NCBI GenBank assembly: GCA_041690135.1
Contig: JAWLHY010000017.1
Coordinates: 32,001-96,000 of the forward strand
Direction of reading: 5' to 3'
DNA length: 64,000 nucleotides
Source: Armatimonadota bacterium
GTDB taxonomy: Bacteria > Armatimonadota > SYMT01
Shown: positions 17,562 through 25,933 of the stretch, in pieces
Numbering within the stretch: the first letter of the stretch is position 1
How the letters are laid out: each line of letters starts with the position of its first letter
Program-made: the position numbers and the translations under genes
The notes under the pieces: model-generated
Databases searched by the model: none
What the model saw: the letters and a program-made list of their open reading frames with translations, nothing else
Told to the model about the DNA's origin: nothing

Positions 17562-18269
17562 TTAAATCCGATCAACAAAGGTGCGGGAATCGTCGACCTG
17601 GTACACACTGCGCTCCGAGTCGTAACCCAGCACGATAATCTCCTGCCCGCTCTCCAGCCGTCCGCTCTCCGTCCGGGCCCGTACCCGGTGCAGGGTGCCG
17701 TGCTGATCCCGGATGTGGACCGTGCCCTCCGAGTCGGTGACCGGGTAAACTACCTGTCCGGTGGAGCCCACGAGTTGTCTTCGCTTTAGCGAAGCCGTCT
17801 CCACCGGACGGTAGACCTTGCCGACGAGGGTCGCGACACCCCGGGTGAACACCAGGCTCAAGAAGAGCGTGACGGGGACGGACCCGAGCAATGCTGAAGG
17901 CCCCGTCGCCTGTACCACCTGGTGGAAGGTCAGGCCGATCGTTCCCCAGAAGAGGAACAGCACTTGCAGCACCAGGCTAAGCGGCGCCTTGCCGGCCCCG
18001 ATAAACAGCAGCGGTCCCATCCAGGGGGCTGCGTGTCCACTATGCCCCGCATCCCCCTCCAGGGAGGCTTCTCCGCCGGCATCCGCATCGACCTCCAGGT
18101 CGAGGTCTACATCGACGTCGGTGTTGACTCCCTCCGCGCCCGCATGTCCGGCTTCCACCATCCCGCCGGCCAACCCGAAAACGGAGGTCATGGTGAGCAG
18201 GATCAGGACCACCGCCAGTGGAATCGAGTAAACTGCATTCCACCACGTGAATAGCCAGCTCAGTTGCAT
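17562..18269 (-). CDS. YqiJ/NfeD-like membrane protein
   Basis: TM segment, acidic D-x-D linker, GKAPL, C-terminal OB-fold-like LVGSTGQV...GTVHIRDQHG; typical flotillin partner. Confidence 0.85.
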   Translation of the reverse strand: MQLSWLFTWWNAVYSIPLAVVLILLTMTSVFGLAGGMVEAGHAGAEGVNTDVDVDLDLEVDADAGGEASLEGDAGHSGHAAPWMGPLLFIGAGKAPLSLVLQVLFLFWGTIGLTFHQVVQATGPSALLGSVPVTLFLSLVFTRGVATLVGKVYRPVETASLKRRQLVGSTGQVVYPVTDSEGTVHIRDQHGTLHRVRARTESGRLESGQEIIVLGYDSERSVYQVDDSRTFVDRI

Positions 18270-18523
18270 GGCGCGTCTCCCGAACCGCCTCGCATCGTCA
18301 ACCCGGGCGTTCCTATCACTTAACGGGCCGGCTCGCGGATCGGATGCGGTTAGACCGTTCTCGTCACAGCATTCCCCGCCGCAACCATTCGAGCCTTCTT
18401 TGGACCCTAAATTCCTCCCGCAGAGCGTTGACGGAGGACTAGACCGCCCCGCGGAACAACAGATTCTCCGGTGTGCCCGTCGATCCTGGACGGGTGTCCC
18501 TCTTAGGTTTCAGTAAGAAGACT

Positions 18524-19483
18524 ATGCGATTACTCACTTTTGAGACGGCCGGCGAACAGCGCCTGGGGGCGGAATGGCAGGGTCGGATCGTCGACCTGCA
18601 AAACGTGGCGGCACTCGTCCAGCTCGTGAAGTACGGCGCCACCGCCGCCGCGGATGTGCGAGAGCGCTTCCCGTCCGACATGCTCGCTTACCTGCAGGGC
18701 GGCAGCGTTACTCGCTCCATCGCCCGCGAGGCGATGAGCTTCCTGGGCGATCTCCCGGAAGACGTGATTCAGAACCTGGCAGGCCAGAGCGCTCTCCTCT
18801 ATCGGGAGGACCAGATCCGGCGACGTGCTCCCATCGCCCGGCCTCCTAAAATCGTTTGCGTGGGCCTCAACTATCGCGACCACGCCGCCGAGAGCAACAT
18901 GGCGATCCCCACCGAGCCGGTGCTGTTCCCCAAGTACGGCAACACGGTTGTCGGCCCCGGCGACTCGATCGTCCTGCCGCCGGACAGCACCGAGCCCGAC
19001 TACGAGGCGGAGCTCGTCTTCGTGATCGGCAAGAAGGGCCGCAACATCTCTAAGGCAGACGCGATGAGCCACGTTGCCGGCTACACCTGCGGTCACGACG
19101 TGAGTGCTCGCGACTACCAGCTCAAGCGCGGCAGCGGCCAGTGGATGGTCGGCAAGACGTGGGACACCTTCGCTCCCATGGGACCGGTGCTCGTTACGGC
19201 GGATGAGGACCTCGATCCGCACAACCTGCCCATCCGCTGCGTGCTCAACGGTGAGACACTCCAGAACTCCAATACGAACCAATTCATCTTCACAATTCCG
19301 GAAGTGATTGCGTATCTTTCGCGGATCATGACTCTGGAAGTGGGAGACTGCATCTTCACCGGGACGCCTCCCGGGGTCGGGTTCGCGCGCAAGCCGCCCG
19401 TGTTCCTGAAGGACGGCGACGTGGCGGAGATCCAGATCGACGGGATCGGCGTGCTGCGGAATCCGGTGAAGGCCGCCCCGTAA
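18524..19483 (+). CDS. Fumarylacetoacetate hydrolase family protein
   Basis: KIVCVGLNYRDH, DYEAEL, HDVSARD, GKTWDTF, TGTPPGVG. Confidence 0.95.
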   Translation: MRLLTFETAGEQRLGAEWQGRIVDLQNVAALVQLVKYGATAAADVRERFPSDMLAYLQGGSVTRSIAREAMSFLGDLPEDVIQNLAGQSALLYREDQIRRRAPIARPPKIVCVGLNYRDHAAESNMAIPTEPVLFPKYGNTVVGPGDSIVLPPDSTEPDYEAELVFVIGKKGRNISKADAMSHVAGYTCGHDVSARDYQLKRGSGQWMVGKTWDTFAPMGPVLVTADEDLDPHNLPIRCVLNGETLQNSNTNQFIFTIPEVIAYLSRIMTLEVGDCIFTGTPPGVGFARKPPVFLKDGDVAEIQIDGIGVLRNPVKAAP

Positions 19484-19491
19484 TCGCGGGG

Positions 19492-19532
19492 ATTGCAAAT
19501 TGCAAATTGCGGATTGTAAATTGCAAATTGAC
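19492..19532. repeat. Intergenic 7-bp tandem array (ATTGCAA consensus)
   Basis: attgcaa attgcaa attgcgg attgtaa attgcaa attgac; same consensus as 9205-9243. Confidence 0.9.
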
Positions 19533-19567
19533 GGGGAGTAGAACTGCTTCCCTGGTGGAGAGAGGAA

Positions 19568-19804
19568 ATGCCGGAAACAGCGCAGATGGAGATCGTGAAC
19601 GTTGAGGGGCGCGAGATCAAGCTTCGCTGGAAGTCGCCCCGGTTTGGAGAGTGGCTGGCCTGGTGTTACGTGCCGGCCCAGACCCAGCTTCATAACGAGG
19701 GCGCCGGATTCGAAGCGCGCGCCGCCACGCCGGACGAGGCGAAGGAAGCCTGCCTCGCCAAGGCGCGTAACTACCTCAACCAGCGGAGCCCCGCTTCTGC
19801 CTGA
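19568..19804 (+). CDS. Small hypothetical protein (78 aa)
   Basis: GAGAGGA RBS, protein-like composition, fills the gap between operon genes. Confidence 0.7.
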   Translation: MPETAQMEIVNVEGREIKLRWKSPRFGEWLAWCYVPAQTQLHNEGAGFEARAATPDEAKEACLAKARNYLNQRSPASA

Positions 19805-20561
19805 GCCAGCGCAGATCGATGCCCTGGTGATGGCCGGAGGCCGCATCTCCGGGCTCTTCGCCCGAGCGACGGGTACCACCGTGAAAGGATTGGTGCCCGT
19901 CGCCGGTGAGCCCCTGGTGCGGCGCGTGGTCGGCTCCCTTCAGGCCACGCCCGCTATCCGGAGGGTCTGCGTCGTGGGACCCGAGGAGGTGCGAGAAACG
20001 CTGCCGGAAGGCGTCCTCTGGTGCCGGGGAACCGGGCGCGTGGTGCAGAACCTCCGGTCCGGCATCGAGGAGTTGGGGATCTCAAACCGTCGCCTGCTGC
20101 TGTGCGGTACCGACGTGCCTGCCCTCACTCCCGAGGCGCTCTCCGACTTCATCGCGCGAACGCCGGAAGAAGCGGAGATCTCCATGCCCGTGGTGCGCAA
20201 GGAGCGATTCACCGCCACGTTTCCCGGTAATCTGGGGATCTATGTCCGGCTGGTGGAAGGGTCGTTCACGGGGGGCGGCCAGTACCTGGTCGATCCGCGT
20301 AAGCTCCTGGAAGTACTGCCCCTGTTGCAGCGCCTGTTCGACAGCCGGAAGTCCCAACTGGCGATGGCCGCCGTGATGGGGCGGGCGGTGGTGTGGAAGC
20401 TGATCCGGCACCGTCTTACTGTTACGGAGCTCGAGACTCGCCTTTCCGAGTTGACGCATTGCCGGTGCCGCGCCGTAATGGACTGCGCCCCGGAACTGGC
20501 CTTCGACCTGGATGCTTGGATGGACCTGCGCTACTTCGAGGGATGGCTCCAGCGGCCATGA
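19797..20561 (+). CDS. MobA-like NTP transferase family protein
   Basis: DALVMAGG...KGLVPVAGEPLV, GTDVP, FDLD. Probable CTG start at 19797, in frame with ORF 19602-20561. Confidence 0.8.
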   Translation: MPEPAQIDALVMAGGRISGLFARATGTTVKGLVPVAGEPLVRRVVGSLQATPAIRRVCVVGPEEVRETLPEGVLWCRGTGRVVQNLRSGIEELGISNRRLLLCGTDVPALTPEALSDFIARTPEEAEISMPVVRKERFTATFPGNLGIYVRLVEGSFTGGGQYLVDPRKLLEVLPLLQRLFDSRKSQLAMAAVMGRAVVWKLIRHRLTVTELETRLSELTHCRCRAVMDCAPELAFDLDAWMDLRYFEGWLQRP

Positions 20562-21343
20562 ACCCGCGACCCCCACTGCGCCTGACGCTCGGCGGTAACG
20601 CTACCGTGTGGCTGGAGTCGGCGGGCTTCCAGGCGGTGACAGACCCCTGGCTTAGCGAGCGGATCGGTCCCTGGAAGCGCCTGCGTCCGGCGGGAATTGC
20701 TTCCGCCTCCCTTTCCGCGGCGCAGGTGGTGCTGATTTCGCATGCCCACCCCGACCACCTCGATCTCGCCACGCTGGAAGGCGTGGCGCGCGACACCCCG
20801 ATACTGTCCCCGCACGGCGCGCCGCAGCGCAAATTGGAGCGTGCTGGCTTCCGCCGGGTGATCGGCCTGGCGGACTGGGAAGAGTGGGAAGGGGAGGATG
20901 GGCGGGTGGTCGCGACCCCCTGTGTCCACACCCGATGGTCGCTCGGCTTCGTGCTCTATCTGGCGGGAGGGACCGTTTACTTCGCGGGGGACGCCGCTCC
21001 GCGGACTCCGTTTCGCGAGATTCGCGAGCGCTGCGGTCCCCTCGACGTGGCGCTCATGCCGGTTGGTGGGTCCGTTCTCGCGCCCGCGCCGCTCCAGCGG
21101 CATCTCACTCCGGAACTCGCCGCGCGCGCAACGGCGGAACTCGGGCCAAAGGTGGTGGTGCCCATGCACTGGGGACACGTTCCCTGTGTACCGTCCTTCA
21201 TCGACGGCTTTCGCGGAACGGCCGCCGGTTTCGCGGCAGCGCTACGGGAGCTTGCCCCGAACGTGCGCATGCTGATGCCTGGTGATGGTGCGGTTACCAT
21301 TCTCGATTTCTCCGAACCGCAAGGCAGCCGGCCTGGCGGATGA
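20558..21343 (+). CDS. MBL-fold metallo-hydrolase (UlaG-like)
   Basis: TDPWLS, ISHAHPDHLD, YFAGD, PMHWG; ATGA overlap with the upstream gene. Confidence 0.92.
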   Translation: MNPRPPLRLTLGGNATVWLESAGFQAVTDPWLSERIGPWKRLRPAGIASASLSAAQVVLISHAHPDHLDLATLEGVARDTPILSPHGAPQRKLERAGFRRVIGLADWEEWEGEDGRVVATPCVHTRWSLGFVLYLAGGTVYFAGDAAPRTPFREIRERCGPLDVALMPVGGSVLAPAPLQRHLTPELAARATAELGPKVVVPMHWGHVPCVPSFIDGFRGTAAGFAAALRELAPNVRMLMPGDGAVTILDFSEPQGSRPGG

Positions 21344-21614
21344 GGGTGATCCGCCGGAAGGGGTATCCGTCACTAATCCCTTCGACGGCCCTTCTGCCGT
21401 CAACCCGCTCGACTACGCACTCCCCAGGAAGCCGGACTGTCTGGAGTTCGCCACTCGTGCGGCTCACATCCCTCCCAGCCTCACTACCCGTCGTCCAATC
21501 TGTTGTTCCTGGCAATCTGCGACCGTCATGGCCGCGCCGGAATTCCCAGGAATCTCATCCTTTGGTTGCAGTCGGCACATCGGCCGGAAGGCGGAGAAGT
21601 AGCCGGTCTGGGGG

Positions 21615-22709
21615 GTGGATTATAGCCGAGGTAGCGATACTACACTCCCGGATGATGGCGAATACTTCGAGTGGCAGGGACAAGCGGACCCGCTGCCGGA
21701 AGAAAGAGTCGCCATGCAGGGAATTGCCCATCCACAGTGGACCGGAAGTCGCGGTACGGATCGATGCGGGAAGAATGCCCGGACGACCGAATGGCGCGGC
21801 GTTCATGGCAACGTGGAACCACTCCGTGGCGACTGGGTTGTGGTTCCCGCGGAAGCGGCGTCCTCCGAGGCGCCGAGCCGTTGCTGGCACCGGGCGGAGT
21901 TGGCCGGAGAGTGGTTGTGCGGGGAAGTATTCCGCGGTGCGGACCTGCGCGAGGCAAACCTGCGCGGCGCCGACCTCACGGATGCGGATTTGCGCGGGGC
22001 GGACCTGCGGGGAGCCAACCTGTGCCGCGCCAACCTGGCCTGTGCGGACCTGCGGGGTGCGGACCTGCGGCACGCGCACCTTCGCGATCTGCAGTTGGAC
22101 GGCGCAGTCTACGATCGGCGGACGCGCTGGCCCGAGGGGTTTGATCCGAAGTCCCGGACCGAATTACGCAGGGTGGGGGAGAAGAAAGTCCATCGCTCCG
22201 GTTGGCCGGTGGGGTTCTGGGTTCTGGCCGGGTTGACAACCCTTGTCGACCAGGGCACGAAGGGGTTAGTTCGAGAGCTAGTCCCCGAGGGAAATGTCGC
22301 GGGATCGCTCCTGAACGGCACCGTCTTGCTCCAGCACATCGAGAACCGGGGCCTGACCTTCCACCTGCTGGAAGGTCAGGCATCCCTGCTGATTGCGGTG
22401 GGAGCGATCCTACTGCTCGGGGTCCTGGTGGCCTACGCACATCTGCTCAAAAGAGGAAACCTTGCGGAACCCGCGCATCTCGCGGGCCTGGCGCTTCTTT
22501 TCGGCGGGGGTCTTGGAAATCTCCTTGACCGGGTGCTCCACGGTGCCGTATTGGACTTCATCGGGCTTTACGCCGGCCCGACTTTCAACCTCGCGGATGT
22601 TGCCATTCTTGCCGGCGTAGCCTGCTTCGGTCTCACGCTGAACTCGAACTCGCGACACACACTACCGCGCTTTCAGCCTGCCGGCTGCCTGGACGTTTAC
22701 AGAGGGTAA
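21615..22709 (+). CDS. Pentapeptide-repeat / signal peptidase II (LspA-like) fusion protein (alternative start ATG 21714)
   Basis: About 12 A(D/N)Lxx units, then [26 protein letters not shown] and FNLAD in one uninterrupted frame. Confidence 0.85.
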   Translation: MDYSRGSDTTLPDDGEYFEWQGQADPLPEERVAMQGIAHPQWTGSRGTDRCGKNARTTEWRGVHGNVEPLRGDWVVVPAEAASSEAPSRCWHRAELAGEWLCGEVFRGADLREANLRGADLTDADLRGADLRGANLCRANLACADLRGADLRHAHLRDLQLDGAVYDRRTRWPEGFDPKSRTELRRVGEKKVHRSGWPVGFWVLAGLTTLVDQGTKGLVRELVPEGNVAGSLLNGTVLLQHIENRGLTFHLLEGQASLLIAVGAILLLGVLVAYAHLLKRGNLAEPAHLAGLALLFGGGLGNLLDRVLHGAVLDFIGLYAGPTFNLADVAILAGVACFGLTLNSNSRHTLPRFQPAGCLDVYRG

Positions 22710-22714
22710 AAGAG

Positions 22715-23407
22715 ATGATCATCAGACACATCGAGAGCAAGGAAGTGCTGCTCCGCAACGAAGAAAACACCCTCGACGGCGCGATGCTCCGGGCCGAGGA
22801 CCTGGCGGGCGCCGATCTGCGTTACGCCTCGCTGAAAGGTACCAATCTGGTGGTGGCCGACCTCCAGCGCTGCAGCCTGAAAGGTGCGGACCTTCGCGGG
22901 GCAGACCTTCGGGGTGCCGACCTCCGCGGCGCCGACCTCACGCGAGCGGATCTTCGGGACGCCGACCTGACGGACGCCAACCTGGAAGAGGCCGTCCTGG
23001 TGGGAGCCAACTTCCACAGTACGGAACTTCAGGAAGCCAACCTGGCGCGCGCCAATCTGCGAGGCGCAAACCTGGTGCTGGCGAACCTGGTCCGGACCGA
23101 TTTGCGGGAGGCCAATCTGACGCGAACCAACCTCTACAATGCGAACGTGTGCAGTGCCAACCTGGAAGGCGCCGTTCTCGATGAATGTGAGCTGGACGGC
23201 ACCCGTTACGACAACTTCACGCGCTGGCCGGCGGGCTTCGACGTGGAACGGAGTCGCGCGGTGTTCTCACTCCAGCGGCGACGGGAGGACCGCACTCGCG
23301 CAGGGGCTTCCGATACCCCCGAGACGCGCGCGCGGAATGGGCGGGGCGAAGGTAACCCGCCGCTCCGGAGCCTGGTAGCCGCCGGTGGGAGGCGGTCCAC
23401 CGACTGA
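22715..23407 (+). CDS. Pentapeptide-repeat protein
   Basis: About 28 A(D/N)Lxx units and C-cap GTRYDNFTRWPAGFD; starts 5 bp after the upstream stop. Confidence 0.93.
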   Translation: MIIRHIESKEVLLRNEENTLDGAMLRAEDLAGADLRYASLKGTNLVVADLQRCSLKGADLRGADLRGADLRGADLTRADLRDADLTDANLEEAVLVGANFHSTELQEANLARANLRGANLVLANLVRTDLREANLTRTNLYNANVCSANLEGAVLDECELDGTRYDNFTRWPAGFDVERSRAVFSLQRRREDRTRAGASDTPETRARNGRGEGNPPLRSLVAAGGRRSTD

Positions 23408-24447
23408 GTTCCGGGGTCGGAGCGAACGATAATCGCCGCCCGCGCCGAAAGCGGGCGGCCCCCGGGCAGTTGTAAGATGCCCTCGACGAGGACTCGACTA
23501 CCGTCGAGGGCGGGTGAGGCGCCGAGCAGACAGGAGAAGACGTTGTCTGCCTGGCGGTGCTGCTCGACACCCAGGCCGGTTGTGATCAGGCGGAAGCGGG
23601 CCTCCGGCCAGTGGGTGACGCTGAACCATTCCTGGTAGTCCAGTTCCACCTGCAGATCGTAATCCTCGCTCATTCCGGCCATGAGTTCGCGCAGTTCGGG
23701 TACCAGGCGGATGGCGGTGATGCGGCGCTCGCGCGGTGGAACGCCTCCGGCCCGACCAGACCCACTTCCCGTATCCCTGCCGGCGCCACTCCCGCCTGCC
23801 GTCGGTAGGTTTCGCGATCCCACCACCTCCTGGGACTCAAGATTGGGATACTCATGGCGCGCACCGATGATAGGCGATCGCTGCATCCCCGCGGCGCCCA
23901 GTCCACGCTCGCTGCCGCCGGTGATGGTGCGGCCTCCGGTGGCGAACGCGAGAGGAGCCGCTGTGCTGTCCGGTCGCGCGCGTCGGAAGGCGCGTTCCAG
24001 CAGGGGTGGAGCCACTTCGTTGGGAATCCGCGGGAGGGCCGGCACATCCCGGCTCAAGGGCTCGGCGGCCGCTTCCGTGGCGGGCGTCGGCAGGACGCGG
24101 ATCGGGAGGGAGCCTTCCGCGGGAAATACCAGCCTCGCGCCCTCCTCACGGAATAGCGGCACGGCCGGTGCGGCCGTCGCCGTCGGCTGGAAGCGGGAGA
24201 ATTCTACCTGGGTCATCTCGAGCGGCACGGATGCCCGCTGTTGGATGCGATCCCGGAGGTGGAACTGCTCGATCGGCCAGGTGCGAACCTCCGGAACCAG
24301 GGCCCGGAACGCGGCGCCCATCAGTCCCCCCGCGACCAGGAGTGCCCCCAGCGTGCGGTACCACTCCGGATGGTATGGCAGAAGACCGTAGAGCCAGATG
24401 ACCGGTCGTTCGGGATCCGGCTGGGGTGGGTTCAGAGGGTCCTGCAT
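23206..24447 (-). CDS. Hypothetical single-pass membrane protein, Pro/Ala/Gly/Ser/Thr-rich; last gene of the glycan locus
   Basis: AGGAG RBS; starts 6 bp after the ligase stop; TM segment LGALLVAGGLMGAAF. The 3' end overlaps the convergent gene. Confidence 0.65.
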   Translation of the reverse strand: MQDPLNPPQPDPERPVIWLYGLLPYHPEWYRTLGALLVAGGLMGAAFRALVPEVRTWPIEQFHLRDRIQQRASVPLEMTQVEFSRFQPTATAAPAVPLFREEGARLVFPAEGSLPIRVLPTPATEAAAEPLSRDVPALPRIPNEVAPPLLERAFRRARPDSTAAPLAFATGGRTITGGSERGLGAAGMQRSPIIGARHEYPNLESQEVVGSRNLPTAGGSGAGRDTGSGSGRAGGVPPRERRITAIRLVPELRELMAGMSEDYDLQVELDYQEWFSVTHWPEARFRLITTGLGVEQHRQADNVFSCLLGASPALDGSRVLVEGILQLPGGRPLSARAAIIVRSDPGTQSVDRLPPAATRLRSGGLPSPRPFRARVSGVSEAPARVRSSRRRWSENTARLRSTSKPAGQRVKLS

Positions 24448-24453
24448 CGCGTA

Positions 24454-25923
24454 TTACTCCTGGTCTTCGCCGGGAATCCGTGCGCGGGAACGCCGCCGCC
24501 GGCGCACGGGATTCCGGCCTTCCGTCTCCACCAGAGTACCCCGTTCGCCGACTCCCGCGGCGAGCATTCCCAGGGCGAGTACCGTCCAGAAAAGTACGGA
24601 ACACTCCGGGTACTCCCAGGCGGGGCTGCCGAGCGCGGAGACCATCTGGCCGGCAACCGCGGCCACGGCGCCCATCACGAGAAACCGGCGAGTGCCGTGT
24701 CGCAGCCGCCGCAACGCCGTCAGGGTGGTGGAGAAGAAGGCGCCGTAGATCGCGAGATAAAGCCCCAGGCCTACGAAGCCCGTTTCGCCCGCGAGTTGCA
24801 CGTAGGCATTATGCGCGCTCTCCCAGAGAGTGGGCCCGCGGTCGGCTACGATCCGCTGCTCCGATACCCCCGTCACATAAAGGGGTTGGTGGAGAGCGAA
24901 AGTTCCGACTCCCCGCCCCGTCACCGGGTATTCCCGGGCCATCCGCAGCGCGGCCTTCCAGGTCTCCAGCCGCCACTCCCAACTGCTGTCGGCCTTCAGC
25001 ACCGAAAACGAAGATAACCGCCGTGATACGGTGTCGCCGTAGCTGGAGAACCCGAGGAAGATGCCCAGGGCCAGGGTCGCCGTCGTGCCGATCAATAAGC
25101 CATCCTGCCATCGGATCTGATAGGACCGGCGCGAGCGGCCGTACCGCATAAACAGTACCAGCAGCACCGTAAGCGCTACCAGCGTTCCCGCCCAGGCGCT
25201 CCGGTTCCGCGTCGCGAGGAGGGCGATGGCACTGAGGGTGGCCGCGCCCAGGCAAAACAGTCGCCGCGCAGCCGAGCTCTCCGCCCGTGCCGCGGCGAGA
25301 GTGACCGGAAAGAGCACGCAGGCAAAGGCCGCAAACAACTGCTCGTCGAGAAAGGCGCCGGAGATCCGTCCGGAGCCCCGGTTCCCCGTCAGGATGAATG
25401 CCTCCATGCAACCAGCCACCGCCAACCACGCCAGGATCAAAGCCAGTTGATGGGCTTGCTTCGACCGGAAGGCGTACACGATCCCCAGGTAGGTCAGTAT
25501 TCCTCCGAGGTAACGCATCACCTCATAATGGCTGTGGTAGGGGAAAGGCGAGAGCACCGCTGAAACGGCGATCCAGGCGACGAAGGCCACGATGGCCTGG
25601 TTCATTCCGCACCGCACAGCCCCGAGCACCCGGCTCCGGGGCCAGGTGGCGCCCGCCAGGGTCCAGCCGGCCAGGGCGATCCCCAAGCACTGCACGAGGA
25701 AACCGCGCGCCCGGAGCCAATGTCCTGTATCCGGAAATGGAACGGTGACCAGCGCCAGCAGCACCAGGACCAGCAACCACCAGAGTAACGCGGGAGCCGG
25801 ACGTGGGGCAGGTACCAGCAGCCATTCCGGTACGGGATGAGGCCGCCGGGATTCCGCAGGGATAGCTGCGACCGTCTCTTGCATGGGGTTCAATGGGGTG
25901 GCGGGCACGGGGATCGGTCGCAA
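24454..25923 (-). CDS. O-antigen ligase / Wzy_C family membrane protein
   Basis: Many TM segments; TRNRSAW, WRLETWKAALRM...PVTGRGVGTF, AHNAYVQLAGETGFVGL. Confidence 0.92.
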   Translation of the reverse strand: MRPIPVPATPLNPMQETVAAIPAESRRPHPVPEWLLVPAPRPAPALLWWLLVLVLLALVTVPFPDTGHWLRARGFLVQCLGIALAGWTLAGATWPRSRVLGAVRCGMNQAIVAFVAWIAVSAVLSPFPYHSHYEVMRYLGGILTYLGIVYAFRSKQAHQLALILAWLAVAGCMEAFILTGNRGSGRISGAFLDEQLFAAFACVLFPVTLAAARAESSAARRLFCLGAATLSAIALLATRNRSAWAGTLVALTVLLVLFMRYGRSRRSYQIRWQDGLLIGTTATLALGIFLGFSSYGDTVSRRLSSFSVLKADSSWEWRLETWKAALRMAREYPVTGRGVGTFALHQPLYVTGVSEQRIVADRGPTLWESAHNAYVQLAGETGFVGLGLYLAIYGAFFSTTLTALRRLRHGTRRFLVMGAVAAVAGQMVSALGSPAWEYPECSVLFWTVLALGMLAAGVGERGTLVETEGRNPVRRRRRSRARIPGEDQE

Positions 25924-25933
25924 AGGACGGGTA

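Noticed and set aside
15595-18269. Flotillin + NfeD/YqiJ pair as a novel system
   Set aside because: Well-known conserved gene pair.
21344-21614. Intergenic region as possible ncRNA or small ORF
   Set aside because: No recognisable RNA family motif, convincing stem pattern or RBS-supported ORF.
21930-23200. 15-bp-period DNA repeats as a CRISPR array, or the genes as qnr/mfpA
   Set aside because: The period is explained by pentapeptide coding; there are no spacers or cas genes, and no specific similarity to Qnr/MfpA can be shown by eye.
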